A stretch of DNA of 64,000 nucleotides from Nitrospirota bacterium. Lineage in GTDB: Bacteria; Nitrospirota; Thermodesulfovibrionia; Thermodesulfovibrionales; Dissulfurispiraceae. Positions 51,211 to 59,589 of this stretch are shown piece after piece. The stretch covers positions 96,001 to 160,000 of the forward strand of contig CAVPZX010000003.1 of assembly GCA_963710375.1 (NCBI GenBank), given 5' to 3'. Each line of letters starts with the position of its first letter. Position 1 is the first letter of the stretch. A model generated the notes under the pieces. It ran no database searches. It saw only the letters and a program-made list of their open reading frames with translations, and was not told the DNA's origin. A program made the translations under genes and the position numbers.

Positions 51211-53652
51211 ATGGGGAAAAAAAGTAAAAAACGAGTCGATGAGAGCAATTTAATCCGGTCTGATAATACATCTGCCTCGCATGAATCTTCCGGTCCGCAG
51301 TCATTGGCTAAGAACACCTTCGCTTCTAAAGCGCCTGCTGTTGGTGTCCATATAGCATGCCTGGTTTTTTTCATCATCATAATTTATTCCAATACCCTCA
51401 ATGCTCCGTTTCAGTGGGATGAGAGTTTCTTTATTGTCGATAATCCAATTATCAAAAACCTCCATTATTTCACAAGCCCGGCGACTGCAAAAGGGTTTAA
51501 GCTTTACACTGCTCTCATAAATAGATATGTCGGGTATCTCACCTTTGCCCTCAACTACAGGGTGCACGGCTTATCCGTGACCGGCTGCCATATCGTCAAT
51601 ATCGCTATCCATATCGCTAACTCCGTGCTGGTGTATTTATTTGTTTTAATCACATTCAGAACTCCGTTTTTCACTAAAACGGTGAATGGTGAAGAAGTGA
51701 AAGGTGAAGAGAACGTGAATGGTGAATGGGTGAATAGTGAATTAAAACCAGAAAAAAAGTCTTTCACTATTCGCGATTCACTATTCACTATTCACCATTC
51801 ACAGTCTTTAAACGATTCACAGTCTTTCATTGCTTTTTTCTCCGCGGCCATATTTGCAGTTCATCCTATACAGATAGAGGCAGTGACCTATGTGTTCCAG
51901 CGGTTTGCCTCTCTTGTGACATTTTTCTATCTGCTTTCTCTGGTAGCGTATACAAAATCAAGGCTGATGGCGGAAGGCGAATGGCGAAAGGGAAAAGGCA
52001 ATTTCGGGAGCGTCTTTCGCCTTCAGTCGTCTACTGTTTGGTTCTACATCGTTGCCTTAATTTCAGCTATTCTCGCCATGAAGACAAAGGAGAATGCCTT
52101 TACGTTGCCTATTGTGATCGTGTTGTATGAATTCTGTTTCTTCAGTCCTTCTCCCCGTGTTCCCGTGTCCCGGCGTCTCCGTTATCTTATCCCCATAGTC
52201 TTAACGCTAGGGATTATACCGCTTACTCTTATCAGTCTGACCGGGACTCATAACCTTGACCCCGGGGCATATGGGGCCAGTGAGTTTCCGCGGTGGGAAT
52301 ATTTTTTCACACAGTTCAGGGTCATTGTCACCTACCTGCGTCTGCTGTTCGTTCCTGTAAACCAAAATCTTGATTACGACTATCCCCTGTTTACATCTTT
52401 CTTCGACCCACATGTAATAGCGTCATTTCTGTTTCTCTCAGCGCTTTTTGTACTGGGTATATACATGATAACAGGCAATAGGCATTGGGCAATAGGCAAT
52501 AGGACGAAAGCTGAAAGTAAAGCAAACAGTTCACGATTCACGATTCACGATTCACGGTCTTTCAGGTTAATCGGTTTCGGGATACTATGGTTTTTTATTA
52601 CACTTTCGGTTGAGTCAAGCATTATACCGTTGGCGATGATTATAACTGAATACCGTGTGTATCTGCCCTCGGTTGGGATTATCATGAGTGTAGTTACTGG
52701 GGCTTTTATGCTAAAAGAAAGGCTGCGTGCCTCCCGGCTATCTATTGTTGGTTCACAAAAGTCCGGAAAGATTATAATGGGTATCTTAGCCCTTATACTT
52801 GTAGTTCTGTCAGTTGCAACCTATATGCGCAACGAAGTGTGGGGTGACGGCATAAGGCTATGGGAGGACACCGCCAGGAAATCCCCTGCCAAGGCACGTG
52901 CGTATTTTGCTCTTGGCAATATCTACAAAGATCGTAACATGCCTGATAAGGCAATAGAAAACTATCTGATCGCTATTAAGCTGAAACCGGACTATGTGGA
53001 GGCATATAAAAGTCTTGGCACCACCTACAAAGATCGTAACATGCCTGATAAGGCAATAGAAAACTATCTGACCGCCATTAAGCTGAAACCGGACGATGCA
53101 GATGCGCACGTTTATCTCGGTATCGAATATAAATCTCTCAACATGAATGATAAAGCTATGGAGCAGTATCTGGTTGCTATTAAAATGGAACCTAATAATG
53201 ATAAAGCGCATAACAATCTTGGCATTATCTATCAGGATATTAATATGACTGACAAGGCTATAGAGCAGTATCTTATTGCTATCAGGCTGAATCCGGATGT
53301 AGCGGAAACACATTATAATCTTGGACTTATTTATCAGGCGTCTAACCTGTATGACAAGGCCGTGGACCAGTATCTCATAGCTATCAAGCTAAAACCGGGG
53401 CTAGCTCAAGCCCATTTTAATCTTGGCAATGCCTATCAGGCCCTTAATATGATTGATAAGGCTATAGAACAATATTCGATTGCCATCAGGTTAAAACCAC
53501 AAGGTTACGCATATCCTCATTTCAATCTTGGGCTCCTCTACTATAAGATGGGGCAAACAGGAAAGGCGCGCCAGGAATTAACGGCTGGATTGATGATAAA
53601 GCCGGATGTCCAATGGGCACAACAATTACTAAAATCGATCCCGTCAGACTGA
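51211..53652 (+). CDS. TMTC-like GT-C membrane glycosyltransferase with C-terminal TPR repeats
   Basis: YSNTL..PF.WDE, H.VN..IH..N, FAVHP...EAV.Y..QR, KE.A..LP, EYR.YLPS, RN.VW....LW; about 8 TPRs. Confidence 0.85.
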   Translation: MGKKSKKRVDESNLIRSDNTSASHESSGPQSLAKNTFASKAPAVGVHIACLVFFIIIIYSNTLNAPFQWDESFFIVDNPIIKNLHYFTSPATAKGFKLYTALINRYVGYLTFALNYRVHGLSVTGCHIVNIAIHIANSVLVYLFVLITFRTPFFTKTVNGEEVKGEENVNGEWVNSELKPEKKSFTIRDSLFTIHHSQSLNDSQSFIAFFSAAIFAVHPIQIEAVTYVFQRFASLVTFFYLLSLVAYTKSRLMAEGEWRKGKGNFGSVFRLQSSTVWFYIVALISAILAMKTKENAFTLPIVIVLYEFCFFSPSPRVPVSRRLRYLIPIVLTLGIIPLTLISLTGTHNLDPGAYGASEFPRWEYFFTQFRVIVTYLRLLFVPVNQNLDYDYPLFTSFFDPHVIASFLFLSALFVLGIYMITGNRHWAIGNRTKAESKANSSRFTIHDSRSFRLIGFGILWFFITLSVESSIIPLAMIITEYRVYLPSVGIIMSVVTGAFMLKERLRASRLSIVGSQKSGKIIMGILALILVVLSVATYMRNEVWGDGIRLWEDTARKSPAKARAYFALGNIYKDRNMPDKAIENYLIAIKLKPDYVEAYKSLGTTYKDRNMPDKAIENYLTAIKLKPDDADAHVYLGIEYKSLNMNDKAMEQYLVAIKMEPNNDKAHNNLGIIYQDINMTDKAIEQYLIAIRLNPDVAETHYNLGLIYQASNLYDKAVDQYLIAIKLKPGLAQAHFNLGNAYQALNMIDKAIEQYSIAIRLKPQGYAYPHFNLGLLYYKMGQTGKARQELTAGLMIKPDVQWAQQLLKSIPSD
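51681..51802. repeat. in-frame palindromic GTGAATR / YATTCAC heptamer insert
   Basis: GGTGAATGGTGAA...GTGAATAGTGAA then TTCACTATTCGCGATTCACTATTCACTATTCACCATTCAC. Confidence 0.85.
52468..52557. repeat. in-frame heptamer insert (GGCAATA)n + (TTCACGA)n
   Basis: ATAACAGGCAATAGGCATTGGGCAATAGGCAATAGG ... TTCACGATTCACGATTCACGATTCACG. Confidence 0.85.
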
Positions 53653-53788
53653 ACATGCATAAATCAGGAGGGCAATGATGATGTGTACTGCAAGATTGAA
53701 TATACGGGGAACTCCCTCGTATTTTAAAAGTGACTTCCAATGTGGTATAAAATAAAGTTACGGCTTAACTTCTTTGGGAGAGATCAAG

Positions 53789-54258
53789 ATGAAATTAGCA
53801 CTTATAGTTTTAATTATACCGTCGTGTTTTCTGGCCGGCGTTGTTTCCGCTCAAGACTGGTCAGGCTATAGATATTTAAATAGAAACTTAGAGGTCTGCA
53901 GTCGGGAATTAGAGGCAATGCATGCGACCACACCTCTCAACACGGATCGGGTGATAAGGACCGGGTATTGCAATCCTTGCCTCAAGATGCACAAGACAAG
54001 ATGCTTTATATGTCTTACGTTGAGAGCATGATCGCAACGAACTTTATACTGCCGCGTGGTTTCTATAATAACCTCTCTGCGATTATCACCTTTAAAATTT
54101 CTCGAGATGGAAATATTACCAACAAGAATTTAGAGAGAAGATCCGGCAATCTCAGTTTTGATATGACTGCAATGCAGGCAATAGATGCTGCTACACCATT
54201 TGGCCTCCCGCCAAGAGAATTGACAGGAATGGAGATAAGGGTGACATTTCACCCATAG
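53789..54258 (+). CDS. secreted protein with TonB/TolA C-terminal domain (frameshifted)
   Basis: Signal peptide in one frame; FKISRDG.I....ERRSGN..FD..A..AI....PF..PP in another. Confidence 0.65.
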
Positions 54259-54312
54259 AGGCAAAGCAAAAAGTGAGGAGTGTGTCTTTATTCACTTCTC
54301 ACTAGCCTTTAT

Positions 54313-54349
54313 TGGTGAAATCGCTAACCCGGACTTGGTGTTTTCACTA
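54313..54349. promoter_or_regulatory. paired upstream activator site
   Basis: TGGTGAAATCGCTA-N9-TGGTGTTTTCACTA. Confidence 0.72.
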
Positions 54350-54424
54350 ATTTGATGAGGCCGGTTATCCCTTCTCCCAGCAATATCCCTCAATAGATCA
54401 ATAGCATATTATATGTGTTCAGGC

Positions 54425-54440
54425 TGGTACAATCTTTGCT
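54425..54440 (+). promoter_or_regulatory. sigma54 (-24/-12) promoter
   Basis: TGGTAC-AATCT-TTGCT. Confidence 0.8.
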
Positions 54441-54477
54441 TTTTCACAGATGTTTGAACAAACGGAGGTCCTTATTA

Positions 54478-54954
54478 ATGGCTGAAAATATACAAGCATA
54501 CGACACCATGATCACCAACCCACCCTTGTTGATCGGCGAGGACCAGCCATATATAGAAAATACCGATAGACAGAAATACCGAAAATCATCTTTGTCCGAT
54601 GATCAATCGTATGACATTCTCAAACAATTGCTCCATGTAATGAGAACAGACCGGCCTTTTGTCGATCCGGAACTCACCCTTCCGAAGCTTTCGAGCAGGC
54701 TTTCTGTATCTACCCATCACCTGTCACAAGTACTTAACGGAACCTTAAGAAAGAATTTTTATCACTTTGTCAATGAATACCGCACAAGGGAAGCCGGGAG
54801 GCTTTTGTTCTCTCCTGAATCCAGCCACTTATCGATCCTTGGCATCGCTATGGAGGCGGGATTTAACTCCAAGAACGCCTTCTATTCGGCCTTCAAAAAA
54901 CATACTGGGATGACCCCTTCACAATTCAGGCAACACAGGAGAAACGCTGACTAG
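54478..54954 (+). CDS. AraC-family regulator (DNA-binding domain only)
   Basis: DPELTL..LS..L....HHLSQVLN, NFY.FVN.YR, IAMEAGFNSK..FY.AFKK.TG.TPSQFR; GGAGG RBS. Confidence 0.92.
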   Translation: MAENIQAYDTMITNPPLLIGEDQPYIENTDRQKYRKSSLSDDQSYDILKQLLHVMRTDRPFVDPELTLPKLSSRLSVSTHHLSQVLNGTLRKNFYHFVNEYRTREAGRLLFSPESSHLSILGIAMEAGFNSKNAFYSAFKKHTGMTPSQFRQHRRNAD

Positions 54955-55183
54955 GCGGAAGATCCACTATCACATAGAAGCCTGTAATTGAGCGGTTTTA
55001 TCCTTTCAGCTGAAACTGCTTAGCTATCACAACACATTGTAACTCTTCAGAAAAGCTGTCCCTTCCTATAGGATAGGACGACAAACCTCCTCAGATCTCT
55101 GTATTTTAATTGCAAATTAAAACTACAAGGCGACGGCGTTACCGGCTTATAACCAACAAGCACAAAAAGGATGGAGGCTTGCA

Positions 55184-56572
55184 ATGAAAGGATCAAAACT
55201 TTTAATGGTGATCGCGGCGACAACTGTGGTGACACTCGGTTTAAGCGGCATCTCCTACGCATTCCATGACGGCAGCGTAGCTTATTGCGACGGTTGCCAT
55301 ACCATGCACAATGCGCAGGGTTCGACCCCGATGCAAGGTAACAGCGGCGCTGCGGGGAAGGGAAAATCAAACGGTGTGCAGTTTACCGGTAATCTCTTCC
55401 TGCTCCAGGGAAGCGATCAGAGCTCGACCTGTCTTAACTGCCATGGATCAACGAGTGCCGGCATTTACTATGAATACACGATTGGTGCATCGACAGCCAC
55501 TGTTCCACTCAACTTCACTCCGGGTGGTGACTTTGGCTGGCTCCAGATCGTTCCTGGCAACGGTTCTAGTGCCGGGCAGCTTTACAGAAGAGGTCACAAC
55601 ATCGTCGCCGTTGACTATAGCTTGACCGCATCACCGGTGTTCACGACCGCCCCGGGTTCAAATACAGTAAATGCTTATCCCGCTAGTAATTTCCACTGCT
55701 CAAGCTGCCATGACCCTCACGGCACATACAGGCACACGGGAGGAGATCCAGGCGTCAGTAGTGATATTAAAAGCTCTGTCTTTACGAGCGGCGGCGCAGG
55801 CGTGCAGACCATTGGTTCAGGCTCTTATGGTCAAACCGCTGCAGGTCAAGGCGCCACAGGTACTGAGGCAGTAGGCGTTTACAGACTTCTTGCAGGTGCC
55901 AAATACTTGCCTGCATCTGTTTCTACTACAGCATCAGCTTTTGTTAACGATGCTCCCATAGCAGAGGCCCCCAGTTCCTACAACTCATCGGAAGGCGTTT
56001 TCGGTACTACGAGTACTTCCGCAGGTTTGGGCGGCGCTACTGCTGAGCTCATAGTGTCCTATGGCTCCGGCATGTCGGAGTGGTGTGCAAACTGCCATGG
56101 CGCTATTCTTCAGGGCGGCGGCTCGATGACCAATTTTATCCATCCTGCAGGAAAAGGTGCGAATCTCGGCGCAGCTACTCTCGGCGCCCAGACGCTTGCT
56201 GCGAATTACAATAGCTATATCGGGTCTGGCAATATGACGGGTACTAATGTATATACTTCGCTGATCCCGGTAGAGAATGGTTCGATAACTACAGGTGCTT
56301 CTCAATTCGGCGGTATTGCACCGACTGTTACCGGAAACAGCAACGTGATGTGCCTCACCTGCCACAGGGCACATGCTTCAGCCTGGCAGAACATGACGAG
56401 ATGGGACAACACTACCGAGCTTATTACGAATAACACCGGGTATGCTCAGGGTCCAATCATAACCTACAACTACACCACGGCCCAGTTCCCTGCTGCCTAC
56501 AACGGCAGGCCGTATACTGCATTCGTAGCAAACCAGCGATTGCTCTGTAATAAGTGCCACGCAAAAGACTGA
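55184..56572 (+). CDS. OmcS-like hexaheme c-type cytochrome (copy 1)
   Basis: Signal peptide then FHDGSVAYCDGCHTMH, LLQG..QSSTCLNCH, TPGGDFGW, GHNIVA.DY, CSSCHDPHG, GMSEWCANCH, CLTCHRAHAS, LCNKCHAKD. Confidence 0.93.
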   Translation: MKGSKLLMVIAATTVVTLGLSGISYAFHDGSVAYCDGCHTMHNAQGSTPMQGNSGAAGKGKSNGVQFTGNLFLLQGSDQSSTCLNCHGSTSAGIYYEYTIGASTATVPLNFTPGGDFGWLQIVPGNGSSAGQLYRRGHNIVAVDYSLTASPVFTTAPGSNTVNAYPASNFHCSSCHDPHGTYRHTGGDPGVSSDIKSSVFTSGGAGVQTIGSGSYGQTAAGQGATGTEAVGVYRLLAGAKYLPASVSTTASAFVNDAPIAEAPSSYNSSEGVFGTTSTSAGLGGATAELIVSYGSGMSEWCANCHGAILQGGGSMTNFIHPAGKGANLGAATLGAQTLAANYNSYIGSGNMTGTNVYTSLIPVENGSITTGASQFGGIAPTVTGNSNVMCLTCHRAHASAWQNMTRWDNTTELITNNTGYAQGPIITYNYTTAQFPAAYNGRPYTAFVANQRLLCNKCHAKD

Positions 56573-56608
56573 TTGTTAGCCCTTAGTTATTCAATGAGGT
56601 AAAATGAG

Positions 56609-56637
56609 ATGCCGGTCCTTACGGACCGGCATTTTTT
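56609..56637 (+). terminator. intrinsic terminator
   Basis: ATGCCGGTCC-TTAC-GGACCGGCAT followed by TTTTT. Confidence 0.9.
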
Positions 56638-56700
56638 AGTGCTCCACCTTTTTGTTCAGCTTTACACAGCTATCTCCAGTCACTTCTCACGTGTCTTTAC

Positions 56701-56736
56701 TGGTGAAACCGCTTACCAGACCTGGTGGATTTACCG
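56701..56736. promoter_or_regulatory. paired upstream activator site
   Basis: TGGTGAAACCGCTT-N8-TGGTGGATTTACCG. Confidence 0.72.
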
Positions 56737-56811
56737 GTCCAATAGGGCATGGCATACCTGCAATGTGATAATAATCATTACATATCAATGACATAAATAA
56801 TTATCGCGAGC

Positions 56812-56827
56812 TGGTACAAACATTGCT
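56812..56827 (+). promoter_or_regulatory. sigma54 (-24/-12) promoter
   Basis: TGGTAC-AAACA-TTGCT. Confidence 0.8.
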
Positions 56828-56847
56828 TTCTATAGATTTCGTTTAAC

Positions 56848-57807
56848 ATGAAAAGAAAACTACTAAACAAAACTCATCTAATCCTTTTTTCAGCGTTCAT
56901 CCTGGCAATCGCCTTAATGCCGGTGAAGGTCCTGGCAGCAAGGGGTTCGTATCTTTATAGTCTTTCCAATTTTGATGGTATCGCGCCGTTTAACTGGGTG
57001 CGGATGCATATTGATGATGCTACTGGAGAAGTCTACGTCGCTGATCCGGCAACTCAATCCATCGTAATTTTTAATAATGTCGGCATGCAAATCTATGATT
57101 TCGACACTAGTGAGTTCGGCAGGGTTATGGATTTCGCGGTAGACAATGAGGGCAATTTCCTGATTTTAACATCTCAGTATGGCTCTGCTGCCACTCTCAC
57201 GAAATGCAACTACCGCGGCGAATTTGTTTCGAGGACCGAATTCAAAGGCATTCCGCCCGGAATCGCATCGAACTTTTCCCCAAATCGTTTTTTCTACAAA
57301 AATAACCGCTTTTACCTCGCAAGCGATGGAGCGATGAAAGTCGTTGTAACCGACATAAACGGTATTTTCGAGTCAAGTTACGATCTTAAATCGATGCTTA
57401 AATTGGATGAGAAGACACTGCAGTCCAGCACAGGCATTTTCGGTCTCACGGTCGATAATGCCGGCAGGATACTCTTCACCATTCCCTCTGCATTTTCAGT
57501 GTATATAGTATCTCCCGACGGCACATGGACGTCTTTTGGCCAGCACGGCAGTACTCCCGGGAAATTCAATATTGTATCCGGGATTGCCGAGGACGATAAA
57601 GGGAACATATATGTAACCGACAAGCTCAAATGCGCGGTCATGGTCTTTGACCGGAACTATAACTTCAAGACAGAGTTCGGGTACAGAGGGTCAGCTAAGG
57701 ATAATTTGGTTGTCCCAGATGACCTTGCGGTCGATAAAAGCGGCAAGGTATATGTAAGTCAATCGAGGAACCGCGGCGTAAGTGTTTTTCATGTGGATAT
57801 TGACTAA
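56848..57807 (+). CDS. secreted NHL-repeat beta-propeller protein
   Basis: GEVYVAD, FG..G..PGKF....GIA.D..GNIYVTD, P.DLAVD..GKVYVS. Confidence 0.9.
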   Translation: MKRKLLNKTHLILFSAFILAIALMPVKVLAARGSYLYSLSNFDGIAPFNWVRMHIDDATGEVYVADPATQSIVIFNNVGMQIYDFDTSEFGRVMDFAVDNEGNFLILTSQYGSAATLTKCNYRGEFVSRTEFKGIPPGIASNFSPNRFFYKNNRFYLASDGAMKVVVTDINGIFESSYDLKSMLKLDEKTLQSSTGIFGLTVDNAGRILFTIPSAFSVYIVSPDGTWTSFGQHGSTPGKFNIVSGIAEDDKGNIYVTDKLKCAVMVFDRNYNFKTEFGYRGSAKDNLVVPDDLAVDKSGKVYVSQSRNRGVSVFHVDID

Positions 57808-57923
57808 TGCAGCAGGTGACCACGCAGCTTGTGTAAGGAGGTGACCGCACAGAAGGAAGATAAGCAGTAAAAATACGTAGTAAGCAGTTAGTGATTGATA
57901 CCGGTTTTACCGGTAATAAAAAC

Positions 57924-58040
57924 CAATCCTCTGTAAAAGGTAAACCCATCGTAAGGTGGGGGCACAAAGTCAACGGGTCCCTGTTCAGCCCATATGTAAG
58001 GGACGGCCGGATTGCCGGAGTCAAAAAAAGTGGAGGATTG
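57924..58040 (+). ncRNA. GEMM-I / c-di-GMP-I class riboswitch with anti-RBS platform
   Basis: GGTAAACCCATC-GTAA-GGTGGGGGCACAAAG (P2 with GNRA loop), CGGGTCCCT...AGGGACGGCCGGATTGCC (P3), P1 CTCTG/CGGAG. Confidence 0.9.
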
Positions 58041-58042
58041 CA

Positions 58043-59425
58043 ATGAAAGGAATCAAAGTTTTATTTGTTATCATGGCAGCGGCCCTGATAACACTTGGCT
58101 TAGGCAGTACTTCTTACGCATTCCATGACGGCGGCGTCGCAGTTTGCGACAGCTGCCATACTATGCACAATGCGCAGGGTACAACGCCGATGCAAGGTAA
58201 CAGCGTTTCAGGTTATGGAAAATCAAATGGTGTGCAGTTTACCGGTAATCCATTCCTGCTCCAGGGAAGCGATCAAAGCTCCACCTGTCTGAACTGCCAT
58301 GGAGCAACTACTACCGGCTCTTACCATGAATACACGCTTGGCGCAGCGACAGCTACTGTTCCACTCAACTATACTCCGGGTGGTGACTTTGGCTGGCTCC
58401 AGATCGTTCCCGCCAACGGTACTAGTTCCGGGCAGAATTACAGAAGAGGTCACAACATAGTTGCAGTGGACTACGGATTGTCCGCATCACCGGTCTTCAC
58501 GTCAGCCCCGGGCGCAAATACAGCAAATGCATATCCCGCAAGCAATTTCTACTGCTCAAGCTGCCATGATCCTCACGGCACATACAGGCACACAGGAGGA
58601 GATCCGGCCGTCAATAGTGATATCAAAAGCTCTGTCTTTACGAGCGGCGGCGCAGGCGTGCAGACCATAGGATCAGGCTCTTATGGTCAAACCGCTACAG
58701 GTCAAGGCGCCACAGGTAGTGAGGCAGTAGGCGTTTACAGACTTCTTGCAGGTGCGAAATATTTGCCTGCATCCGTTGCGATTTCAGCATCAGCTTTTGT
58801 TAACGATTCCCCCATAGCAGAGGCTCCCAGCACCTACAATGTATCGGAAGGCGTTTTCGGCACTACGAGCGGTACCAAAGGTGCCGGCGGCGCCACTGCT
58901 GAGCTTATAGTGTCCTATGGCTCCGGCATGTCGGAGTGGTGTGGAAACTGCCATGGCGCTATTCTTCAGGGCGCCACAATGGGCAATTTTATCCATCCTG
59001 CAGGAGCAGCTGCGACTCTCGGCACAACGACAGTCGGCTCCCAGACGCTTGCTGCGAATTATAATAGCTATATCGGGTCTGGCAATTTGTCCGGTACTAA
59101 TGTATATACTTCGCTGATTCCAGTAGAGAATGGTTCGATAACTACAGGTGCTTCTAAATTTACCGGTATTGCTCCGACTGTTAGCGGAACCAGCAACGTA
59201 ATGTGCCTCACCTGCCACAGGGCGCATGCTTCAGGATGGCAGAACATGACAAGATGGGACAACACTACAGAGATGATTACGAATACCACCGGGTATGCTG
59301 CGGGTTATACCCCAATCTACAACTACACCACGACCCAGTACCAGGCTGCTTACAACGGCAGGCCGTATGGTGCATTCGTAGCAAACCAGCGTTCACTCTG
59401 TAATAAGTGCCACGCAAAAGACTAA
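58043..59425 (+). CDS. OmcS-like hexaheme c-type cytochrome (copy 2)
   Basis: FHDGGVAVCDSCHTMH, CLNCH, CSSCHDPHG, GMSEWCGNCH, CLTCHRAHASG, LCNKCHAKD; GGAGG RBS. Confidence 0.93.
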   Translation: MKGIKVLFVIMAAALITLGLGSTSYAFHDGGVAVCDSCHTMHNAQGTTPMQGNSVSGYGKSNGVQFTGNPFLLQGSDQSSTCLNCHGATTTGSYHEYTLGAATATVPLNYTPGGDFGWLQIVPANGTSSGQNYRRGHNIVAVDYGLSASPVFTSAPGANTANAYPASNFYCSSCHDPHGTYRHTGGDPAVNSDIKSSVFTSGGAGVQTIGSGSYGQTATGQGATGSEAVGVYRLLAGAKYLPASVAISASAFVNDSPIAEAPSTYNVSEGVFGTTSGTKGAGGATAELIVSYGSGMSEWCGNCHGAILQGATMGNFIHPAGAAATLGTTTVGSQTLAANYNSYIGSGNLSGTNVYTSLIPVENGSITTGASKFTGIAPTVSGTSNVMCLTCHRAHASGWQNMTRWDNTTEMITNTTGYAAGYTPIYNYTTTQYQAAYNGRPYGAFVANQRSLCNKCHAKD

Positions 59426-59452
59426 TTTAGCAAATGAAGTATAGTAAGTCGT

Positions 59453-59490
59453 AAGAAAAGAGGCCGGCAGCCGCCGGCCTCTTTTCTTTT
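59453..59490 (+). terminator. intrinsic (bidirectional-type) terminator
   Basis: AAGAAAAGAGGCCGGC-AGCC-GCCGGCCTCTTTTCTT. Confidence 0.9.
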
Positions 59491-59589
59491 TATCTTGTCC
59501 TGTATTGAATTATTACTGTTTTCTATTTTAGTATGTACCGTGATAGCGTATATCTTTATATGTACTTTAATTTAAGGGGGGGCATACTG

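Noticed and set aside
52923..53094. Near-identical 70-bp repeats as a DGR template/variable pair
   Set aside because: 102-bp period equals one TPR unit, the differences are not adenine-specific, and no reverse transcriptase is present
57807..57920. Tiny ORFs, an AGGTGACC direct repeat and a TACCGG-TTTTA-CCGGTA dyad before the riboswitch
   Set aside because: Too short to separate from chance; does not match the spacing of the shared enhancer motif
57956..58042. N-terminal extension of OmcS-like copy 2 from GTG 57956
   Set aside because: Lies inside the riboswitch; ATG 58043 has the RBS and matches the start of copy 1
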